Shown here one piece after another: positions 53,427 to 62,570 of a stretch of 64,000 nucleotides of DNA; the stretch's first letter is position 1, and each line of letters starts with the position of its first letter. Position numbers and translations under genes: made by a program. The stretch is from the sequence record NC_021529.2; one strand, written 5' to 3'. The notes beneath the pieces were generated by a model. The model searched no databases and had not been told where the DNA came from. It was given only the letters and a program-made list of their open reading frames with translations.

Positions 53427-54920
53427 ATGCTAAACTTCAATCAAAATATCGTAATCGCAACTGACAGCTACAAAGTTTCACACTGGTCTCAATTCCCTCG
53501 TGGTCTAGAGTACAGCCAATATTATGTCGAAAGCCGGGGTGGTAAATTCGACAAAATTATGGTCGATGGTATGGCATACATGTGTCGTATTCTCGAAAAA
53601 GGTGTTGCGATGAATGATGTCAAGCGTGCGAAACGTCTGTTCAAAAAGCACTTTGGTTCAGAAGTCTTCAATGACAAGGGTTGGGAAATCATCGTTAACG
53701 AACTGAAAGGTAAACTGCCTATTAAGATTCGTGCGGTAAAAGAAGGTACTGTAGTACCAGTTAAACACCCTATCTTGACGATTGAGAACACAGATCCACG
53801 TTTCGGCTGGCTACCTGGCTATCTTGAAACGTTTATCTTGCGTGCTATTTGGTATCCGACAACTGTGGCAACGATCTCGTTCGAAGTGAAGAAAATCATC
53901 CGCGAATTCATGAAGAAGACTGTAGATGACAATCGAATTGCAGAACAAGAACCGTTCAAACTTCACGACTTTGGTTCTCGTGGTGTTTCAAGTGGCGAAT
54001 CAGCAGCTATTGGTGGTCAAGCACACTTGAAAAACTTCTTGGGAACTGACACTGTTGAAGCACTAATCGCAGTTGAAGACATTTACGCTGAAGACGTTGA
54101 AGACTTCATTGCGGGATTCTCAATCCCTGCACGTGAACACTCAACAACTACAATCTACAAAGAAGCAGGTGAAGACCAAGCGTTCTTGAACTCAATTGAG
54201 CAATGGGGCGCAGGTGCATACGCTTGTGTAATGGACAGCTACGACTACGAGAATGCAATGAATCGCGTTTCAACTGGTCGTTTCAAAGAGCTAATCATCA
54301 GCAAAGGCGGTGTGTTTGTTGCACGTCCTGACTCTGGTGTTCCTGTAGATGTCGTGATGAAAGGTCTTGAGATTCTTGGTAAGAACGTTGGCTACACAGT
54401 CAATAGCAAAGGCTACAAAGTTCTACACCCAAGCTTCCGCATCATTCAGGGCGACGGCGTAAACATCGAAGAAATTCGTCGAATCTTGTCTTACATGGAA
54501 AGTAAAGGTTGGTCGGCAGAAAACATTGCATTCGGCATGGGTGGTGGTTTGCTTCAGCAACTAGACCGTGATACTCAACGATTTGCAATGAAGATGTCAG
54601 CAGCTATCATCAACGGTGAATACGTTAGCGTATTCAAGATGCCGAAGACAGATCCGACAAAAGCGTCTAAAGCGGGATTCTTGGACTTGATTGCAGTTGA
54701 TGCAGATAATCCAAATCCAGCAGCGCGTGGTTACGTGACATTCTCTACTGAAGATTACGAGAATCGCGTACACCCTAACAGTGTGATGCAGACTATCTTC
54801 GAAAATGGTGTAACAGTTGGTGACTTCTCGCTAGAAGAAGCGCGTAAACTATCAGACGTACAAGCAGATTTCACAAACGAAAGTGAGTGGAAAATTGCTA
54901 AAAAGATTGTAACTGCTTAA
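53427..54920 (+). CDS. nadV: Nicotinamide phosphoribosyltransferase
   Basis: TDSYKVSH, HDFGSRG, SIPAREHST, RPDSG, IIQGDG, FGMGGGLLQ, RDTQRFAMK. Confidence 0.93.
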   Translation: MLNFNQNIVIATDSYKVSHWSQFPRGLEYSQYYVESRGGKFDKIMVDGMAYMCRILEKGVAMNDVKRAKRLFKKHFGSEVFNDKGWEIIVNELKGKLPIKIRAVKEGTVVPVKHPILTIENTDPRFGWLPGYLETFILRAIWYPTTVATISFEVKKIIREFMKKTVDDNRIAEQEPFKLHDFGSRGVSSGESAAIGGQAHLKNFLGTDTVEALIAVEDIYAEDVEDFIAGFSIPAREHSTTTIYKEAGEDQAFLNSIEQWGAGAYACVMDSYDYENAMNRVSTGRFKELIISKGGVFVARPDSGVPVDVVMKGLEILGKNVGYTVNSKGYKVLHPSFRIIQGDGVNIEEIRRILSYMESKGWSAENIAFGMGGGLLQQLDRDTQRFAMKMSAAIINGEYVSVFKMPKTDPTKASKAGFLDLIAVDADNPNPAARGYVTFSTEDYENRVHPNSVMQTIFENGVTVGDFSLEEARKLSDVQADFTNESEWKIAKKIVTA

Positions 54921-54946
54921 TGTGATGAAAATCACAAAAACGCTTT

Positions 54947-55014
54947 AAAAGGGTTGCTTCGGCAGCCCTTTTTTGTTATTCTACATTTATCAACTTAGAG
55001 AGGAAAAAATTATG
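54947..55014 (+). promoter_or_regulatory. Early promoter/terminator cassette
   Basis: AAAAGGGTTGC-TTCG-GCAGCCCTTTTTT (UUCG loop); TTGCTT 54954, 17 bp spacer, TATTCT 54977. Confidence 0.8.
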
Positions 55015-55533
55015 AAACTCAATACAATTATGATTTTAGCAAGCTCAATCATTTCAATGAACGCAACTGCTGGGCTTATTCGTCATGAGACTAAACCTGC
55101 ACCAGAAGAAGATGTATACGTTGCTGTTGAAATAGGGGCATTTACAAAACACTTTGCAGGCAAACGCGACGATGGTAATCCGTGGAATGAGGACAACCAC
55201 TTGATTGGCATTGAAGTTGGTAAGGGTGATTGGGCTGTGCAGATGTCACACTTCACTAACTCATACGATCATGCATCAACTACATTAGGTGTCGGTCACA
55301 AAATTTTCAACATTGACCAATTCACTTTTGGTATTTCATTCGGGTTGGTTTCTGGGTATAGTTATAAACGTGATGAAGCTTCGTTTTGCTTCAATGACAA
55401 CATCTGTGGTTATGTTGCACCGAGCGTTCAGTATGACTATGAAATCTCAGAACAGATTACAATCTCGCCTGTTGTGCGCGTAATGGGTACAGCAATAGTT
55501 GCAAATGCTCAACTATCATATACGTTTGAATAA
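55012..55533 (+). CDS. Outer-membrane beta-barrel, PagP-like
   Basis: Signal peptide; TKHF...WNEDNHLIGIE, HFTNSYD, GLVSGY, VAP; alternating strands; C-terminal LSYTFE. Confidence 0.55.
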   Translation: MKLNTIMILASSIISMNATAGLIRHETKPAPEEDVYVAVEIGAFTKHFAGKRDDGNPWNEDNHLIGIEVGKGDWAVQMSHFTNSYDHASTTLGVGHKIFNIDQFTFGISFGLVSGYSYKRDEASFCFNDNICGYVAPSVQYDYEISEQITISPVVRVMGTAIVANAQLSYTFE

Positions 55534-55551
55534 ATTTAAAAATAAATGAAG

Positions 55552-55631
55552 AAAAGGGTTGCACTATGCAGCCCTTTTTAGTATTATATCTACATCGAAA
55601 CGAGATACGAAAACAAAGAGAGAACATTATG
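55552..55631 (+). promoter_or_regulatory. Early promoter/hairpin cassette
   Basis: AAAAGGGTTGC-ACTAT-GCAGCCCTTTTT; TTGCAC 55559, TATTAT 55582. Confidence 0.8.
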
Positions 55632-55957
55632 CAACTAACTACTAAAATGACTAAAGCACAAAAACTAAAGTTGTTGAAGGTTTCAACTACGAGCGTGAAA
55701 CAAGTCAAGGTCAGTACAAATACCGTAACGGTACGTACAACATGGAAGGCTCAGATGTTGCTCGTCGTTTCAATCTGATGTCAACTATCGTTACTGGTAA
55801 GCCAACAATCCCTGCTGAAGTTACAGTTGCAGACTTTGATACAGTTATTCTTATGCAAACAATGACTGATCAATTCTTCGATCTAAGTGCAAGTATGAAC
55901 ACTTCAAAAGAAGAATCTGACGAATTTGGTAAAAAAGTGCTTGCACACTTCGCTTAA
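55629..55957 (+). pseudogene. hypothetical protein, apparently frameshifted at A5 run 55660-55664
   Basis: Adding one A fuses MQLTTKMTKAQK to TKVVEGFNYERETSQGQYK... and the 55742 ORF; likely a sequencing error. Confidence 0.6.
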
Positions 55958-56003
55958 TTCGTTTAGAATACTTACATCAACTAGAGAAAAGGAAAACATT
56001 ATG
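55941..56003 (+). promoter_or_regulatory. Early promoter cassette
   Basis: TTGCAC 55941, 17 bp spacer, TAGAAT 55964; CATCAACTAGAGA. Confidence 0.75.
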
Positions 56004-56246
56004 AAAGCAACTATCACTCAACTTAAAAAGAAAATCAATTCATACGCAGATCACAGCGGCTTTGCTTTTGATAAGAAAGCTCCGTACTATGTAAATGCTG
56101 AGCGTATCAAAGCTATTAAAGAAGGCATTCTGTTTGTCAAAGAAGACGGCGAGCAAAAGCCATCACGTCGCTATGAAATTAGTGAAAAGCAAATGGTATC
56201 TTTGAACAATTGGGTTCGTTCTCTAGAAGAAAAGTATCTACGATAA
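56001..56246 (+). CDS. hypothetical protein
   Basis: First gene after cassette. Confidence 0.65.
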   Translation: MKATITQLKKKINSYADHSGFAFDKKAPYYVNAERIKAIKEGILFVKEDGEQKPSRRYEISEKQMVSLNNWVRSLEEKYLR

Positions 56247-56257
56247 GGTAAATTACA

Positions 56258-57532
56258 ATGGGTTCATTCAACACAACATGCGCGATTTCTCGCACACCTA
56301 TCAATGAAGGCGATGAAGCGCGTGTGTTCTTCTTGATTATGCAAGCGAACGATATTCAACGTTCTATTGAAGAAAAGCAGTTCAGTAATATCATGATGGG
56401 TTGTGGTTGTTATCCCTGGGATAACTTCAAGATCATCGGCTATCCTCTGAAAGGCAAATACGCTGATTACAATCGCTACGAATTTGAAGATCAGCAAATG
56501 TCTGATGAAGTTCTTCGTCTAATCAATAAGATCTACATGCCAAATCGCGTAACTGAAGGCAAAGAACTAAGTGATTACAATTCATATCACGACTACATGG
56601 AAATCGATGAAATTGAATCGATGCACGAGCTTCAGGATATGGAACACTCTGGTGCGTTGCGCGTTGAATCGTACTTCGGTCCAACTGCAATCGTTAAAAT
56701 GGCGATTCACGAAGAGATCTATCAAGAGCTTATCATTTCTGGTGAAATGACTACTGGTTGGGGTGAAGATGCGAAGACAAAGACATTTGAACAAGAAGTT
56801 CAAGAACTTTACGAACGTCATGCTGCGGCAGGCGACAAAGACCCTCTATCACCTGACGACCGAAAGTTGATCGACGAGACACGCGCTGACATGTACGCGA
56901 AAGCTGATGCAGGTGAAGCTGATGCAGACGGTAAAATTATCACACGCGAAATCGTTGATAAAATGATTGAACGATTCGAAAACATGTTAGCTCGTAAAAC
57001 AGACTATTACGATCCGTTTGATCGCGCTGAGTGGTCAGAGAGAACATATCCAGTGCGTTCTATGCAAGAATCAGACGACAACGAATTCATTCGTAAACTT
57101 GCAGAAGGTCATATCGGGTTGAAGTGGACTGCATTGTGGTTTCAAGCTAATAACTACGAGTTCGGCCCTGCGATTACATCTGGTCAGTGGGGTGACCGTT
57201 TAGCAGAAGCAGAACGTCTTCGTAAGCTTGCAGACATCGTTGAATCTAAAGTGCCTGAGTACTACTATGAAGAGCACATTCCCGTACGCAAAGAGCGTAC
57301 AGTGCGTCTAGTGATGAAACGTTCTGAGTTAGTTGAATCATACACTGACTGGTACGGTGAAGACGCTGATGAAATGGCTGAGCTGCAAGAAGCAATTGAT
57401 TCAATGAAAGAACAAAGCTCATTCAAGGTTGGTGACGAAAACTGCAAAATGGCTCAGTTCTTAGCATCAAACGAATGCATCATGGAAGGCGAAGCGAAAG
57501 ACGGCGACATGATTGAATTTATTTTCGATTAA
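56258..57532 (+). CDS. Conserved phage hypothetical protein (424 aa)
   Basis: MGSFNTTCAISRTPINEGD start; no function recognised. Confidence 0.7.
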   Translation: MGSFNTTCAISRTPINEGDEARVFFLIMQANDIQRSIEEKQFSNIMMGCGCYPWDNFKIIGYPLKGKYADYNRYEFEDQQMSDEVLRLINKIYMPNRVTEGKELSDYNSYHDYMEIDEIESMHELQDMEHSGALRVESYFGPTAIVKMAIHEEIYQELIISGEMTTGWGEDAKTKTFEQEVQELYERHAAAGDKDPLSPDDRKLIDETRADMYAKADAGEADADGKIITREIVDKMIERFENMLARKTDYYDPFDRAEWSERTYPVRSMQESDDNEFIRKLAEGHIGLKWTALWFQANNYEFGPAITSGQWGDRLAEAERLRKLADIVESKVPEYYYEEHIPVRKERTVRLVMKRSELVESYTDWYGEDADEMAELQEAIDSMKEQSSFKVGDENCKMAQFLASNECIMEGEAKDGDMIEFIFD

Positions 57533-57536
57533 ACTG

Positions 57537-57564
57537 TTGACAATGCGACTGAGTGCTGTAAAAT
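57537..57564 (+). promoter_or_regulatory. sigma70-type promoter
   Basis: TTGACA 57537, 16 bp spacer, TAAAAT 57559. Confidence 0.65.
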
Positions 57565-57595
57565 GTTACTCGGTCGCTACAAAGAGAACAATATT

Positions 57596-57856
57596 ATGAA
57601 AGATGAAGTAACACTACACATTCGAAATCATTGGCTACATCGTCGTGCATACGACATTCTGTATCACAAGCCATTTAGCTTTCGCAAAAACGCACTAGCG
57701 AAGTTGGAAGAAAAACGATGTGAATTTTGGTATGTCGTTCAACGACTAAATCCTGAGTTTTTCGCGAAATGCCCTGAGGGCATGAAAGCATACTTATGTT
57801 GCGCACCTGCTCCTCGCGGCGCTGTACAATACTTCTACATCAAATTTGACAAATAA
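57596..57856 (+). CDS. hypothetical protein
   Basis: ATG after promoter. Confidence 0.6.
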   Translation: MKDEVTLHIRNHWLHRRAYDILYHKPFSFRKNALAKLEEKRCEFWYVVQRLNPEFFAKCPEGMKAYLCCAPAPRGAVQYFYIKFDK

Positions 57857-57867
57857 GAGAGAACATA

Positions 57868-58574
57868 ATGAAAAACTAATCGCAATCGCAGCAATCGCAG
57901 GTACTGTACTTCTAACTGGTTGTTCTGAAACCGTCGAAGGTACTTCGAACGAAAAACTAAGTGCAGCAGCACCAGTTATGTCTCAGATTGAAAAAGACAT
58001 GCTTGATGTAGTTGGCGGCCCGAGCTTTTTGAATCGTTACGACGCAGTTTACACAGCTATCGTTAACAAACGAATCAAGTTTGGTGAAGAGCCTGTTGCT
58101 CGTGCTGAAACTGAAGTTCCGTTCTGTGATGTCATTAATACAGTACTTGAATCTGAGAGTCAAACTGGTCTAAATCACAAGACATACTCGTTGAACAATC
58201 AATGGACTGTTAAGTACGGCATTACTCTGAAACAACAATGTTCACAAACGTATGCTGAACTGAAACTGGCAACTCAAGAGCAAATCGAAGCAGAGCTTGA
58301 CCGCGTTGTAATTGAAGATCAAGAGTTCAGCAAGAAAGAAATCAAAGCTGAAAAGATCATCGAAGAATCAGTTGTAATCAACGAAGACGTTCTTCTATCG
58401 CCTGAGCTAGTTCGCGAACTGCGTGGCTCTGTTAAAGACTGTAATCGTGCTAAAGTTCGACTAATGAATGTTGTCGATGCTGGCGAAGCACTGACTACGA
58501 AGCATTACGATGAAGTAAAAGGTTTAGTTCTTCAATGCGAAATGCTCAAACTTGAAGTTGAATTAAACAAATAG
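57868..58574 (+). CDS. Lipoprotein (start appears broken by an A5 run)
   Basis: GAGAGAAC-SD ATG AAAAA CTAATC...; one more A gives MKKLIAIAAIAGTVLLTGC lipobox. Confidence 0.65.
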
Positions 58575-58582
58575 GCACTACT

Positions 58583-59017
58583 ATGAAATACTTTATCGCA
58601 ATCCTACTACTGTCACTATCTAGCTTTTCATTTGCTGGTGATTGGTATAAACATCCAGGCACTAATACTTGGTATACCGACGCGAAGAACAAGAACGGTG
58701 TATCCATACAAGTTAATCGAACATCTGGTATGTCGATGATTATCAAGACACCAGTGTGTGAGTTCAAAAATCAAGAGCGTGAGCTAGGGCATTCAGTTGA
58801 CGTTATGACTCAAATGGATAACGAATCACGCATCCCGATTCGCTTCGATTTTTACTGTGTTGATGTCGGCAAGCTTGGATACATAGTTCAAATGAAAGAC
58901 TACAAGATGTTAATGGACATGTTCAGAGTTTCGAGCGTAATTCGAGTTGGCGAAGTTGAATTCAGCGCAATGGGTTTTAACAAAGCACTAGGCGAAATTC
59001 GAAAAACGATGAAATAG
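58583..59017 (+). CDS. Secreted/periplasmic protein
   Basis: MKYFIAILLLSLSSFSFA signal peptide; ends FSAMGFNKAL. Confidence 0.7.
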   Translation: MKYFIAILLLSLSSFSFAGDWYKHPGTNTWYTDAKNKNGVSIQVNRTSGMSMIIKTPVCEFKNQERELGHSVDVMTQMDNESRIPIRFDFYCVDVGKLGYIVQMKDYKMLMDMFRVSSVIRVGEVEFSAMGFNKALGEIRKTMK

Positions 59018-59030
59018 TGACACGAATCAC

Positions 59031-59057
59031 AAAAAGCTCCTTAATTGGGGCTTTTTT
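59031..59057 (+). terminator. Intrinsic terminator (variant of 28520/48082)
   Basis: AAAAAGCTCC-TTAATT-GGGGCTTTTTT. Confidence 0.8.
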
Positions 59058-59068
59058 CGTTTTTGTGC

Positions 59069-59141
59069 TTGCAATAAAAATCGAATAGACGTATTATTAC
59101 TTCATCGAAACGACATCGACTAACTAAGAGAGAACATTATG
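59069..59141 (+). promoter_or_regulatory. Early promoter cassette
   Basis: TTGCAA 59069, 17 bp spacer, TATTAT 59092; CATCGAAACGACATCGACTAAC; GAGAGAACATTATG. Confidence 0.8.
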
Positions 59142-59420
59142 ACACAACGAATCGCAACACAGAATCTTGAATTCTTCGGTCGCTCAGACATTCTAGAAAA
59201 CGATAATGAAATCTTCTATCTTGTTGCTGAGTTACCATCTGGTCATCGTTTCGCGTTAGGTGAGTGGAATTTTGAAGGCGATGAGGATCGTCTTGACAAA
59301 ATGATTCAACGCATTAAAAAAGCAGATAGCATCAATCTTGAGCATTGGTATCAAATGGATCCTTGCTACGGTTCAGAAGCGTACCAAGGCACTGCTAAAC
59401 TAACAGATTACATCATTTAA
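59139..59420 (+). CDS. hypothetical protein
   Basis: First gene after cassette; ends DPCYGSEAY. Confidence 0.65.
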   Translation: MTQRIATQNLEFFGRSDILENDNEIFYLVAELPSGHRFALGEWNFEGDEDRLDKMIQRIKKADSINLEHWYQMDPCYGSEAYQGTAKLTDYII

Positions 59421-59430
59421 GGAGAATACT

Positions 59431-59937
59431 ATGTTTTACAAAGTTGGATATAAAACAGAAGCGGTTACAAAAACTCGTTCAATTCGCTTAGAAGATAAAG
59501 TTCAAATCGTATTAGATACAAGAGTCATTAGCGACATGACTCTTGTGCATCATAACCGAGCAATCAACGCTGCTGTATTTGTCTCTTATGATGACGGGTT
59601 TTCAATTTCAATTGTAAATGGGAAAATATACGGCACGTTTGAAAAGATTTGCTGTTATAAAACTGAATGGAAAGATGAAATTCGCATTGTTGACGCAATC
59701 AGTCTTCGTCATGAGTATGTCAAGAACGAACGTAAAGAGACTGATTTTGCGATTAATGAAGGTGATTTCATTATGTGTTGGATTCGCGATGAGCTTGTAG
59801 AAATGAAAGTTCTTCATTCATCAGACAAAAAACTTGTGTTGCTCGATACAGAAGATGAAGATGAAGAGATCTTCGAAATCACCGAAGACTATATGCCACC
59901 GAACTTCTCGTTCAACGATGCGATAACGTTCAAGTAA
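59431..59937 (+). CDS. hypothetical protein
   Basis: AGGAG SD. Confidence 0.65.
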   Translation: MFYKVGYKTEAVTKTRSIRLEDKVQIVLDTRVISDMTLVHHNRAINAAVFVSYDDGFSISIVNGKIYGTFEKICCYKTEWKDEIRIVDAISLRHEYVKNERKETDFAINEGDFIMCWIRDELVEMKVLHSSDKKLVLLDTEDEDEEIFEITEDYMPPNFSFNDAITFK

Positions 59938-59940
59938 AAT

Positions 59941-59964
59941 AAAAGGGAGCAATTGCTCCCTTTT
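59941..59964. terminator. Bidirectional intrinsic terminator
   Basis: AAAAGGGAGC-AATT-GCTCCCTTTT between convergent genes. Confidence 0.85.
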
Positions 59965-61019
59965 TATTTCACCATTTTAATCTGAATTCGATTGTCCATG
60001 TACTTCATTTTCTGTTCGAATTCAACATCGTATTCTGGTCGATGTTCGTATTCTATTGAAAGCATCTGTTTCAGACAACGGAACAACTCATCTTTGTAGT
60101 ATCCCTCATCCATTGCTTTCATCTGTTCGTACTGCTTTTTCATTGCAGCTTTGACGATTGTCGGGTCCATGAACTTCACTGACATTTCACGTGGTGCTTT
60201 AACTGTACCAAAATCAACATAAACTTCAGCTTCCATTGCAACTTGAATGAAGTCGTAAATCGTGTCATAGCTCATGCGACTTAGCGTGTGATGCATAACC
60301 AAATCTTTACAGTGCGCTTTTAGAATTGGCGCATTTCGCAACATCAAATCATGATCTAGATTTTGGCGAATGTATTCGTTTCGTTCTTTACCACCATCAC
60401 ACGAAATCGTCATTGAAATACGCTGCTTGTATTTCTTGCAGATAGCTAGTATTTTCTTAGCAAGTGGTGTGTGAAGAACTGTGCCGTTTGTCAAAATGAA
60501 TACGTGAGCTTTGGTCTCTTCCATCACTTCTGTCAGAACTTCGATTGTTCGCTTATCCATGAATGGTTCGCCGCCGTACAGAACAACAGTCTCAACGCCT
60601 TTTGGGATGCTGAAATCAAGTTGATTGTAATCATACGTATCTTCAATGTCATACAGATCCATGTATGTCTTGCTATTCTTCCCGTAACACATTCTACAAG
60701 CTAGATTGCACTTGTTTGACATCAGTATTTGAATGGTGCGCGGATGCTCTTCTAGAGCTTCATACTCGAAGTATTTCTGATCTGATAGCTCACCATAGCT
60801 CATGCATTCTTTGCAGTAATCTGGTAGTGTGTCGTATTCGAACATCTTGGCACGATGCTCGTTGATGATGTCACTGTGCCACCAGTCTTCAACGTTCGGG
60901 AATGCTTCGCTTAATTGCGAACAACAGATATGATAGCCGTCTGGTTTAGCGTCTCGTGTGTTGAAGGGAGAGCCACAAAGTGGCTTCTTCCCGTCTTTAA
61001 ATCCGAATTTTTCAAACAT
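59964..61019 (-). CDS. Radical SAM protein with N-terminal twitch/SPASM-like Cys cluster
   Basis: CNLACRMC (CxxxCxxC), YGGEPFM, LTNGT, ISCDG, YIR; N-terminal CGSPF...ICC...CKEC. Confidence 0.85.
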   Translation of the reverse strand: MFEKFGFKDGKKPLCGSPFNTRDAKPDGYHICCSQLSEAFPNVEDWWHSDIINEHRAKMFEYDTLPDYCKECMSYGELSDQKYFEYEALEEHPRTIQILMSNKCNLACRMCYGKNSKTYMDLYDIEDTYDYNQLDFSIPKGVETVVLYGGEPFMDKRTIEVLTEVMEETKAHVFILTNGTVLHTPLAKKILAICKKYKQRISMTISCDGGKERNEYIRQNLDHDLMLRNAPILKAHCKDLVMHHTLSRMSYDTIYDFIQVAMEAEVYVDFGTVKAPREMSVKFMDPTIVKAAMKKQYEQMKAMDEGYYKDELFRCLKQMLSIEYEHRPEYDVEFEQKMKYMDNRIQIKMVK

Positions 61020-61288
61020 TAATCTAACTCATCAAGTAGGGATTGGAATTCTTCGTCGCGTTCAGCGTCGATTTCGTAAGTCATCATTGCTTTCAGGGTA
61101 GCAAGAGACTTAATCTCTGGTGGGCGCGGTCGTAGATCTTCTAGAATACAAATAATCGACTCTGCTGGTAAGTCATGCTCGATTATTTCTGGTGGTAATG
61201 TATGTTTGTAAACGCAGTTATCGCCCCAGTCGATGACAACTGAGTGTTCCCATTTGTCAATCTCAATGATTTTAAAATCAGCTTTCAT
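61019..61288 (-). CDS. Small hypothetical protein
   Basis: Coupled between glycosyltransferase and radical SAM genes. Confidence 0.65.
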   Translation of the reverse strand: MKADFKIIEIDKWEHSVVIDWGDNCVYKHTLPPEIIEHDLPAESIICILEDLRPRPPEIKSLATLKAMMTYEIDAERDEEFQSLLDELD

Positions 61289-62293
61289 GTTTCAATCCCC
61301 ATAGTGTTTCCCAATGTGTTTTCGTATCTTGTCGATACTTCTCAATATCAAATTTTTCGTATTGTTCGCTTGTCGCTTTCTCGATCACGTCAACGATTGT
61401 ATCATTGTTTATATCTGCTCGAACAACAGGAAATATGAAATCGCGTGTATATGGTGCATCATATTGAACAATGCATGGTATATGTTGACTTGCTTCAACT
61501 ACTGCATATGGCATGATCTCGATATGAGACATGTGAAGAAGAACTTTGCTCTTCATCATGTGTGCAATCACTTCTTCGCGTGGCTTCTTAATGTGTACTT
61601 TGCAGTTAACACCTTGCGGTACGCTAACGAAATCAGTTGTGAATAGTTGAACACTCAAGTCACTACCAACAAGCGTTTTCAGCATTTCAGGTATTTGCTT
61701 TCTCTTATACGCGCCTGATACGATGATCACATCTGATTCTTTCGCGTTGTTCAACTCAGCATGTGACACTTCTGGTAGCTCAAACGGCTCGTAAGCGGTT
61801 ACATGCTTACCACCCATAATCTGTTCACCCCAATAACGAATCCCATCAGATTGCGCTACGTTTGTAACAAGAGCTGATTTACCCATCATTGCGCGCCATT
61901 GATTCAGATTGTACATTCGATTGATATCCATGAACTGTTTGTAAGAGTCTGGTACTATCAAGTCCCCGAAGTGATGCTGGTTGTAACACGCTCTATTTGC
62001 TTCTATACATGCGCGTAACGCTTCGTAAGAGTGCGTATAGATGATTGTGTCATCACTGAGTGACTTAATCACAAGAGCGTTTGCTTTGTAGTCGTTAAAT
62101 GCTCTATTCGTCAACACGAAATCGCACCCAAAATCCCAACTGCTCATATGCGGGCATTTGTCATCACCGAAGATGATAACCTTGACATCACAGTTGTAAC
62201 TTTTCATAAGTCGAATGTGATCTTGCAAGAATGTATAGATACCGCCACCGATGCCAAGCATGAAATCAGTGACCACGTATCGAATTTTTTCAT
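61278..62293 (-). CDS. GT-B (GT4-like) glycosyltransferase; 5' end apparently frameshifted
   Basis: GIGGGI N-terminal loop; VLLHMSHIEIMPYAVVEAS resembles GT4 pS..E.....vEA; ATG 62293 plus A7 would read MKKIRYVVTDF. Confidence 0.65.
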
Positions 62294-62300
62294 AAAAGTG

Positions 62301-62329
62301 TTGACTCCACGTGTCTTAATATGTAGACT
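62301..62329 (+). promoter_or_regulatory. sigma70-type promoter
   Basis: TTGACT 62301, 17 bp spacer, TAGACT 62324. Confidence 0.6.
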
Positions 62330-62362
62330 ATATTTTATCGCAACAAGTACGAGATTTAAACA

Positions 62363-62566
62363 ATGCGCAAGGCATCAGAAGACTTAATTCGAATGAGAGT
62401 AGAATCCCTCCCTTTCGTGAGAATTAATGTTGATAATCAAATCAAGATATGCGAATATCTGTACTCGCTTGACGATGACGTTATCTATGCACTTGAGAAG
62501 CATACTGAAACTTCAGACGGTGCGCGTAAAATATTAAAATTTCTATTGAAGAAAATTGGAGACTAA
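62363..62566 (+). CDS. hypothetical protein
   Basis: ORF after promoter. Confidence 0.6.
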   Translation: MRKASEDLIRMRVESLPFVRINVDNQIKICEYLYSLDDDVIYALEKHTETSDGARKILKFLLKKIGD

Positions 62567-62570
62567 AATT

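Noticed and set aside
55629-62293. Programmed ribosomal frameshifting at the three A-runs
   Set aside because: Runs are only 5-6 nt, with no canonical slippery heptamer or obvious stimulator; sequencing error is more parsimonious.
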